Of a DNA stretch of 32,000 nt, positions 16,692-23,204 are shown in pieces. Below the pieces are notes generated by a model that was not told the origin of the DNA, ran no database searches, and was given only the letters and a program-made list of their open reading frames with translations. The position numbers and the translations under genes were made by a program. Location of the stretch: contig CP075337.1 of NCBI GenBank assembly GCA_025349965.1, forward strand, positions 1 through 32,000, read 5' to 3'. The DNA is from Candidatus Saccharimonadota bacterium. GTDB taxonomy: Bacteria; Patescibacteriota; Saccharimonadia; Saccharimonadales; Saccharimonadaceae. Within the stretch, counting starts at the first letter, position 1. Each line of letters begins with the position of its first letter.

Positions 16692-17110
16692 TAGTTAAAT
16701 ATACCCCCAGGAATAATAAAGTTGAGAAGTACATACATACCCGCAAAGGCTATGACACCTATAGCGACATTTGTAAATATACCGACAGCCTTCTTGACCT
16801 GTTCAGGATTACCCCCGGCAGAGGTGTAAAGGACTGCACCCCAGACGATACCACCAAGAGCGGCCACGCCGACACCAGCAGTAAGAATAGTAATTGCCAT
16901 GAGCAGGAGAGACCAGATGGCGCTTTTTTCAACACCACCCTTACCATCGTCATCGCCACAGCTAATAATAGCCGTCTCCTGTCCACCACACGTCTCCTGA
17001 GCAGAAACATATGCACCCTGGAAGACAGATATAGCCATAATCCCCGTTAGTGCTATTGTAATCGCGAGCGATTTTACTGCAAATCTGTTGATTTTTTGTT
17101 TTATCTTCAT
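16691..17110 (-). CDS. VirB2/TrbC-like T4SS pilin-family protein (paralog P6, most divergent)
   Basis: Signal peptide ending VSAQE, Cys pair (TCGGQETAIISC), and core VLYTSAGGNPEQVKKAV. It is the first gene of the - strand pilin operon. Confidence 0.8.
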   Translation of the reverse strand: MKIKQKINRFAVKSLAITIALTGIMAISVFQGAYVSAQETCGGQETAIISCGDDDGKGGVEKSAIWSLLLMAITILTAGVGVAALGGIVWGAVLYTSAGGNPEQVKKAVGIFTNVAIGVIAFAGMYVLLNFIIPGGIFN

Positions 17111-17117
17111 AATTACC

Positions 17118-17149
17118 TATATAGTATGATGTTTTAGCGTTTTCTGCAA
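17118..17149 (-). promoter_or_regulatory. Putative promoter of the pilin operon (TTGCAG-17 nt-TACTAT, or TATATA 7 nt from the ATG)
   Basis: On the - strand, TTGCAG lies at 17149-17144 and TACTAT at 17126-17121. The overlapping TATATA (17123-17118) ends 7 nt before the ATG at 17110. Confidence 0.45.
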
Positions 17150-17177
17150 TAACTTGGCTTAACTTAAGCGATATAAC

Positions 17178-17206
17178 TTGCAAAAATCAATATTATATGC
17201 TAAAAT
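17178..17206 (+). promoter_or_regulatory. Putative promoter of the T4SS machinery operon (TTGCAA-17 nt-TGcTAAAAT, extended -10)
   Basis: TTGCAA at 17178-17183, a 17-nt spacer ending in TGC, and TAAAAT at 17201-17206. It lies back-to-back with the pilin promoter. Confidence 0.5.
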
Positions 17207-17322
17207 AAAATTACCAATTCAGCATTTTCGAGTTAAGAAGCTCGAAGGGCAAGCTGACGCGGTTGTTATTACGCCCAAGCCGACAGTGCTTTAATGTCGC
17301 CAAGTGCGAGAGGAACACCAAC

Positions 17323-18357
17323 GTGTCCGAACTCCCCAAAGAAACACCTATCAATCCTGGCATTTCGTCAGTAACTTCGCGTGAGCAGGGTGGTAGTAGT
17401 GTAACCGAACAAACAATGCCTCATTCCGGAGGCCGTAATGTACCAGAGCAACTTCGCGAACAACCAGTTCGTGAGTTTGACAACACCTCTTTAGGAGAGG
17501 CTCTCGATCAAGGGTATCTAGAAGTACCAACCTCACCATCACCAATCCCAGAGGCACAGCCAGCTGTCACTGCACCTGAAAAAAAGAAACGCAATAAGCT
17601 TCTTATAGGCGCCTCCGCAGGACTTGCCGGCGTAGCTATTGTCGCAGCTTCAGTTATCGGAATTAACGCCGCAAACTCAAACACCTCAGGTGAGGATCCT
17701 GAGGGTCCAAAAGCTGATCCAAAGGGAACAACCGAAGTTACTCCTGAGCCAAAACCCGTCGAAACAGAGAAGTCTTTTGAACAGCAGGTTAATGAACTTA
17801 AGATTGAGGCGGGTCTTTCGCCAGAAGAATACGTAGATACATTAATTGCAAAGCGAATGGTAGACTGGGAGTTTGCAGGTAAAGAACAGTACTGGAAGGT
17901 GGCGGGTGATGGCAGTAATAGCGTTGATGATATCAATACAGCGCGCAAAGCTATCGTAGCTGAACAAAACCGCGTCTTCGCAAATGCTTTATTTATTCCA
18001 GGATGGGAAAACACCGAACTTGCAAGTATAGCCGAGCGCCGAAAAATTAACCAAGAAGCAACTCTAGATACATGGGGTCGCACAAAAGCAAATATTGAAT
18101 TTGCCGGCGACACACGTGAAGAATGGCAGACCGGCATGGTTATTGAAAGGGTTGAACTTCTTGAAGAAAACCCCGATACCGGAACTCGAAAGTTTTTTAT
18201 TGCAGGGTACGAGACAAATAATGGCGACAGGGCGGCATATCAAAGCGTAAACGCTAAAAATAACGGAGCACCATGGAGCTTCACCTTCACGACGCAAGTA
18301 GTTGACGGAACGGAATATATAGCTGAGTGGTCGAACACAGAATCGCCAGCTCATTAG
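17323..18357 (+). CDS. Hypothetical bitopic membrane protein, first gene of the T4SS operon (positional candidate for a VirB8/PrgL-like component)
   Basis: I prefer the GTG at 17323, which has GAGGAA 7 nt upstream; the ORF track starts at a TTG at 17263. The protein has a disordered N-terminus of about 95 aa, one TM helix (LLIGASAGLAGVAIVAASVIGI), a P/E/K-rich linker and a globular C-terminal domain of about 190 aa. Confidence 0.7.
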   Translation: MSELPKETPINPGISSVTSREQGGSSVTEQTMPHSGGRNVPEQLREQPVREFDNTSLGEALDQGYLEVPTSPSPIPEAQPAVTAPEKKKRNKLLIGASAGLAGVAIVAASVIGINAANSNTSGEDPEGPKADPKGTTEVTPEPKPVETEKSFEQQVNELKIEAGLSPEEYVDTLIAKRMVDWEFAGKEQYWKVAGDGSNSVDDINTARKAIVAEQNRVFANALFIPGWENTELASIAERRKINQEATLDTWGRTKANIEFAGDTREEWQTGMVIERVELLEENPDTGTRKFFIAGYETNNGDRAAYQSVNAKNNGAPWSFTFTTQVVDGTEYIAEWSNTESPAH

Positions 18358-18376
18358 GATTGGCTACAGTTTACAC

Positions 18377-18416
18377 TGCATAATGTCTATGCTTAAATAA
18401 GCATAGACATTATGCA
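18377..18416. repeat. Perfect 19-bp inverted repeat (TGCATAATGTCTATGCTTA-aa-TAAGCATAGACATTATGCA)
   Basis: Read directly from the sequence. The right arm contains the ATG (18412-18414) of the VirB6-like ORF. There is no flanking T-tract on either strand. Confidence 0.9.
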
Positions 18417-21231
18417 AAAACAGACCAAACCCTTACGAGATGAAAATCCACATTTATCAAAGGTGGGTTTTCTTGTTTCTTCTTTGCATAGAAAGAAATC
18501 ATTACTTAGTCGCATCAAGATTAGTATACTTCTTGTAATATTCTCTCTCGTTACAACAATTTCTTTTTCTTCCCCAATTCATGCAAAACCATATACTGAT
18601 GAGGATATCTCAACACGAGCCATGGCATATGAGAGTGTCCTTATTCTTCGTCAGTGCCTTGCAAATAACAGTATCCATACAAAGAACACCAAATCCAACT
18701 TAAGTGATGAATCTCCACTAGAAACCGGCACGGGAAGGATGTATGTCTCATGGGACCCTGCGGTAGTAAAATACCACCCTACGCTCAAGGAAGACAACGA
18801 AGGCGCATGTGGAGAAGGAAAGGGCGCCACAAGAGGAGCGCTAAAGCGTCTCGGTATTAATGAGGTTGAGTTTATTTGCCAACTTGGCGGAAAGCGTACA
18901 TATTACGATCGAGATTCTCAGAAAACCACCACTACCGACTGTTTAGAGGGTTCGGGTAATGTTACGGCTTCAAATATTACAGACAAGCAAATCAATGAGG
19001 CTGTAAAAAAACTTACAAAATTCACAGGGTTTGACCCAGCAAACCCCGGCGATGCGGTGCGCTACCAACGTAGTTTTAATATTCTTAAAAACGGTTGCTT
19101 CGGTGGAAGTTCAATAACTAAAGAAATTTACGACAAAGAACCTAAGGGGAAGCGCTGGTCAATTAACGTATACCCGGATGGTAAGGAGTATTACAGGGGT
19201 GAACCCGGAGGGGGGAGTAATCATAACCAAAAACCTCGCGGCGCAAATGGCGACGAAAAAGGTGAAGTTAACTGTATAGAGTACTGGAATCGAACCAATA
19301 CATACTTTTCAGCATATGTGGCGTATAAAAATAACTTATCACCAGAGGAGCGAGCTGCCGAGGAGGCGAAAGAGAATATAAGTCCTGAAGCAGGAGATGA
19401 CGGACAAACGTCGTGTCGCATCGAGGGTGTGGGGTGGATTATTTGTCCAGTCCTTAATTTCCTTGGTGGCGTCACGGATGCTGCTTATGGCGGTGTTAAA
19501 GAACTTCTAAAAACACCTGCAATGGTAACTACCGCAGGCAGTAGCACAGAAGGTGTATATATCGCATGGCAAACCATGAGAAGTGTTGCCAATGTAGCTT
19601 TCGTAATCGCCTTTCTTATAATTATATTCTCTCAACTTACTTCAGCAGGGGTGAGTAACTATGGCATTAAGCGAATGCTACCGCGTCTTATTGTTGCGGC
19701 CATTCTAGTGAACGTTTCATTCTTTATCTGTGCAATAGGGGTAGACTTGTCAAATATTATTGGTTCAAATATCGTCAATCTCTTTGATGGAATTGCCAAA
19801 AGTATGCCGACACCACAGTGGAAGGATACAGGAGATTTCGGTGGCAGTGCTACTGGAGAGGGATGGCTTGGAATTATTGGTATCATCATTGCAGGTGGTG
19901 CTATAGCTATCACCACTGTATACATAGGCCTTGCAGCACTATTACCATTCCTTTTGGCAGCAATTCTTGCTATCTTAACAGTGTTTATCGTACTCACACT
20001 GCGTCAAGCGCTCATTATCCTACTTATTGTCATATCCCCACTTGCTTTTGTCGCTTACCTTCTCCCTAATACCGAAAGCTGGTTTAATCGCTGGAGAAAG
20101 TTATTCACCACCCTGCTCCTCATGTTTCCAATTATTGGAATTATCTTCGGCGCGTCAGCACTTGCATCTCAGGTTATCATGAGCTCTTCGGATAATATTT
20201 TTGTTCAACTATCTGGGGCAGCAATCGCAATCATCCCACTTGCACTCACGCCGGTTGTTATGAAGACTGCAGGAGGCGTACTTGGGCGAGTAGGCGCCTT
20301 TGTTAATAACCCAAACAAGGGGCCGTTTGATCGAATGCGAAAAGGTGCTGAATCATTAAGGAAAGATCGGCAAAACATCCGCAATATGCGCGCACTCAAC
20401 GGAAAAGGCCTGCCGGGAAGGACTGGTTTTACTCGATGGAAGGCACGGCGAGGCGCAATCACGGCTGGCCGAGAAGGTGAACTCAATAGGGCTAGATCTG
20501 AATACATTAGCGATGCTATGCAGAATAGCGCAACTTTCGCTAACTCGGTAGCTGGTGGCACCTCTGCCTTTGGCCAGATTCGTAGCGGCGCCGGTGCTGA
20601 CGCCACTCAACGAGCTCTTGCAAGTGCAATCAACACCACCTCAAAACTTGAGCTTGAAGAAATCACTGCAGCTGGAGTTGTTCTGAAAAATGCAAAGCTT
20701 GACCAAGCTCAAGTTAGAAGCTTATCAAACGGGGGAAGCGCAACAACATCTAGTGGCATGCAGCTCAACGGCAGCGGTGCGATGCGGGCAGCTGCAGTCC
20801 AGCAAGCGGTTGCATCAAATGACATATCTCAAATCAATGACCTATGGGATCAGTCTCGATCATGGGGTAATGATAAAGAAGGTAATACCTTGAGGCAAAC
20901 TCTCGCTGACAGCCTTGCATCGTCGTCATCTCGACCAGGATACATCGGTCAGGGCGCTCTTGCCGGTTTACGCACAGGCAGTAACGATAGTATTGAAAAT
21001 ACTATAAAGGAAGCTGTAAAGGCGAATGCCTACTCTCCGGAAAAAATTGCCACTGCAGATAAGGATGAATTAGCAATGGTTACCAAGACAATTAGTGGAG
21101 ATTCAGGACTCACCGACGACCAAAAGCAATCCTTCATGCTTAATGCTGAGAAGGCGCTTACTGACGAAAACCTTAATGTTAAAATATCTAAGAACCGTGA
21201 TGAGATCAAAAAGATATTGGATATTTCATAA
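18412..21231 (+). CDS. VirB6/TrbL-like polytopic T4SS membrane protein with a large Cys-rich ectodomain and a long C-terminal tail
   Basis: 939 aa. A signal/anchor segment (ISILLVIFSLVTTISFSSPIHA) is followed by an ectodomain of about 300 aa with 8 Cys. A block of at least 6 TM helices spans about aa 390-610, followed by a polar tail of about 330 aa. The start codon is uncertain because the ATG lies inside the hairpin. Confidence 0.7.
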   Translation: MQKQTKPLRDENPHLSKVGFLVSSLHRKKSLLSRIKISILLVIFSLVTTISFSSPIHAKPYTDEDISTRAMAYESVLILRQCLANNSIHTKNTKSNLSDESPLETGTGRMYVSWDPAVVKYHPTLKEDNEGACGEGKGATRGALKRLGINEVEFICQLGGKRTYYDRDSQKTTTTDCLEGSGNVTASNITDKQINEAVKKLTKFTGFDPANPGDAVRYQRSFNILKNGCFGGSSITKEIYDKEPKGKRWSINVYPDGKEYYRGEPGGGSNHNQKPRGANGDEKGEVNCIEYWNRTNTYFSAYVAYKNNLSPEERAAEEAKENISPEAGDDGQTSCRIEGVGWIICPVLNFLGGVTDAAYGGVKELLKTPAMVTTAGSSTEGVYIAWQTMRSVANVAFVIAFLIIIFSQLTSAGVSNYGIKRMLPRLIVAAILVNVSFFICAIGVDLSNIIGSNIVNLFDGIAKSMPTPQWKDTGDFGGSATGEGWLGIIGIIIAGGAIAITTVYIGLAALLPFLLAAILAILTVFIVLTLRQALIILLIVISPLAFVAYLLPNTESWFNRWRKLFTTLLLMFPIIGIIFGASALASQVIMSSSDNIFVQLSGAAIAIIPLALTPVVMKTAGGVLGRVGAFVNNPNKGPFDRMRKGAESLRKDRQNIRNMRALNGKGLPGRTGFTRWKARRGAITAGREGELNRARSEYISDAMQNSATFANSVAGGTSAFGQIRSGAGADATQRALASAINTTSKLELEEITAAGVVLKNAKLDQAQVRSLSNGGSATTSSGMQLNGSGAMRAAAVQQAVASNDISQINDLWDQSRSWGNDKEGNTLRQTLADSLASSSSRPGYIGQGALAGLRTGSNDSIENTIKEAVKANAYSPEKIATADKDELAMVTKTISGDSGLTDDQKQSFMLNAEKALTDENLNVKISKNRDEIKKILDIS

Positions 21232-21234
21232 CCC

Positions 21235-22239
21235 ATGGCCTCCTACAAAGTACCCCAAGACGTCGAAGCAGATGATAAACTCATTGGCCCGTTTAGCTTT
21301 CGCCAGTTTATCTACCTGATCATTGTTGCGCTCGCGATTGCGCTTGCATGGGGATTGGCACAGCTTTTTATTGGACTTGCCGTTATTCCACTCCCGATCA
21401 TCCTTCTTTTTGGAGCACTCGCACTTCCGTTAAGGAAGGATCAACCGATGGAAATCTACCTCGCGGCAATGGTTTCCTTCTTTCTCAAGCCGCGAAAGCG
21501 CCTATGGGATCCTGAAGGGATGGAATCAACTATTGAGATTACTGCTCCAAAAACAGTGGAGGTAAGGCGCACAAAAGATTTATCCGAAGGTGAAGCGGTT
21601 GAGCGGTTGAGTTATCTTGCAAACCTTGTTGATACGCAAGGCTGGTCAATTAGGGGAGTACAGGGAGCTCAGAATATTGCCATGAACACAGATGTTGTTC
21701 TGGAAGCGCAAGGCGCAGAAGATGTGCTTGATACTAATACATCAATTGCCAATAACTTCAGCCAGATGATGCAGGCAAGTACGCAGCGCATGCGCGAAGA
21801 GGCGAAGGAGCGAATGATGGCAGCGACTTCAATCCCAGAACCTCAACAAACAGCACCGCTCGCACCCACTCCAACTATTGCCACTGTCCAAAATGCAGTC
21901 ACAGCAGCCTATAATACACCCGCCCAGCCCCAGCAGGTCACGCCAACTCAACCACAGCAAATCGAAGCACCTGAAGTCGTGCCAGTATTCAACCCGTATC
22001 CAAATATCCAGCAGTCGGTTATTCAGCCGTTAAGCGAAGAGGATAGAGTGTCGGTGCCAGCAGAAGCGCCAAAAGAAGAGCCAACTCCCGCAAGCACTAG
22101 CGAAACAGCGCCTTCTACTGATATAATAGAACTTGCAAATAACTCTGATTTATCAATTCAGACTATTGCTCATGAGGCAAATCGTCTAAAAAAGAAATCA
22201 GAGGAAGAATCTGACGAAGTCGTTATTTCGCTTAGATAA
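21235..22239 (+). CDS. PrgI/VirB3-like T4SS membrane protein with a C-terminal extension of about 220 aa
   Basis: The N-terminus YKVPQDVEADDKLIGPFSFRQFIYLIIVALAIALAWGL plus a second TM helix matches the PrgI-family signature as I remember it (VP-x-D...DK-x-x-G-x-x-x-x-RQ plus a TM hairpin). The rest is charged and P/Q/T-rich. Confidence 0.7.
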   Translation: MASYKVPQDVEADDKLIGPFSFRQFIYLIIVALAIALAWGLAQLFIGLAVIPLPIILLFGALALPLRKDQPMEIYLAAMVSFFLKPRKRLWDPEGMESTIEITAPKTVEVRRTKDLSEGEAVERLSYLANLVDTQGWSIRGVQGAQNIAMNTDVVLEAQGAEDVLDTNTSIANNFSQMMQASTQRMREEAKERMMAATSIPEPQQTAPLAPTPTIATVQNAVTAAYNTPAQPQQVTPTQPQQIEAPEVVPVFNPYPNIQQSVIQPLSEEDRVSVPAEAPKEEPTPASTSETAPSTDIIELANNSDLSIQTIAHEANRLKKKSEEESDEVVISLR

Positions 22240-22274
22240 ACAGTCAAACTAAAGGGGTTGGGCGCACATAGGGT

Positions 22275-23204
22275 ATGCAACCAGATAATTCACAGTATAA
22301 CCAACCGGGTGTTCCTGCAGGACAGCCCTCTATACCTGATATGACAGGTGGTGCTCCTTCATACCCACAACAGGGAGTTCCCCAGCAACCTCAAGCGTAC
22401 CCTCAGCAGGTAGTACAACCTCAACCAGTAGCACCTCAGCCTGTCGGTGCTCAAGGAGCAGCAACTACTGCTGAAGAAAAAGAGACACCTAAAAATCCTA
22501 ACTCTACTCAAAACTCATTACAGCTCTCTGAAATTCGCGACAGTATGGTTATTATGAATGACGGCTCTTTTCGCGCTGTCATTGCTTGTAAATCCATTAA
22601 CTTTGACCTCATGAGCTCACGCGAGAGAGAAGGGGTTGAGTACAGCTACCAGAACTTTATTAACTCTCTTAACTTTCCTGTTCAGATTCTCGTCCGCTCT
22701 CAGCGCGTAGATATCGGACCCTACATTGAGAAATTGGTTGACACACGCCGCTCTCAAGACAATATGCTTCTTGGTGTATTGATGGATGACTATATAAACT
22801 TTATTGACACCCTTGCAGAAGAAGCAAACATTATGGAGAAGTCATTCTACATCACCGTTCCGTTCTTTCCTGAAGGAGATTTACAGAACCTTAAGGCACA
22901 AGCTGTCGGCTTCTTTGGTAAGCTTTTTGCTAAGCCACAAAATACGGTTACAAAAATTGACTCTGCTGCATACCAAAAAGCCAAAGATGAAATCGCCAAC
23001 CGTGTAAATGTCGTACAGGCAGGGTTATTCCAGATTGGCGTACAAAGCGCACAGCTCGACACTCGGGCGCTTGGTGAACTTTATTACAGTTACTACAACC
23101 CGGACACAGCACTACGCCAGCCACTTGGTGATTTTGAAAATATCGCAACCACCTTTGTCAAAAAGGCAGAACCGACACAAGGTCCTACAGGAGGAGTTCA
23201 GTAA
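22275..23204 (+). CDS. Hypothetical protein with a P/Q-rich N-terminus and a domain patterned like a VirB4 N-terminal domain
   Basis: 309 aa, no TM helix and no NTP-binding motif. Its stop overlaps the VirB4 ATG (TAATG at 23202-23206). Its motif order runs parallel to the pre-ATPase region of the downstream VirB4 (hand comparison only). Confidence 0.7.
   Translation: MQPDNSQYNQPGVPAGQPSIPDMTGGAPSYPQQGVPQQPQAYPQQVVQPQPVAPQPVGAQGAATTAEEKETPKNPNSTQNSLQLSEIRDSMVIMNDGSFRAVIACKSINFDLMSSREREGVEYSYQNFINSLNFPVQILVRSQRVDIGPYIEKLVDTRRSQDNMLLGVLMDDYINFIDTLAEEANIMEKSFYITVPFFPEGDLQNLKAQAVGFFGKLFAKPQNTVTKIDSAAYQKAKDEIANRVNVVQAGLFQIGVQSAQLDTRALGELYYSYYNPDTALRQPLGDFENIATTFVKKAEPTQGPTGGVQ

Noticed and set aside
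16194-16698. + strand ORFs of 166 aa and 130 aa antisense to the pilin array
   Set aside because: The paralog-conserved motifs (SGG..AK, AFAIVN) and the signal peptides all read on the - strand. The + strand products are Pro/Ser/Thr-rich mirror images with no start-site signals.
17263-17322. TTG at 17263 as the start of the first T4SS operon gene (ORF-track start)
   Set aside because: It has no ribosome-binding site, and the encoded N-terminus (MLLRPSRQCFNVAKCERNTN) looks non-protein-like. The GTG at 17323 has GAGGAA at good spacing. This is a preference, not a proof.
17508-18137. 209-aa - strand ORF inside the first T4SS operon gene, and similar antisense ORFs at 19659-19997, 20205-20606, 23339-23737 and 29301-29723
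   Set aside because: They overlap longer ORFs that have recognisable domains or clean operon junctions. Their composition is typical of antisense reading frames.
18377-18416. The palindrome as a chromosome dimer-resolution (dif/Xer) site, because GCATAATGT and TTAAAT resemble parts of the E. coli dif site
   Set aside because: Arm spacing does not fit the 11-6-11 dif layout. The repeat is a perfect 19-bp palindrome rather than two distinct Xer arms. It also lies about 12 kb from the predicted origin instead of at the terminus.
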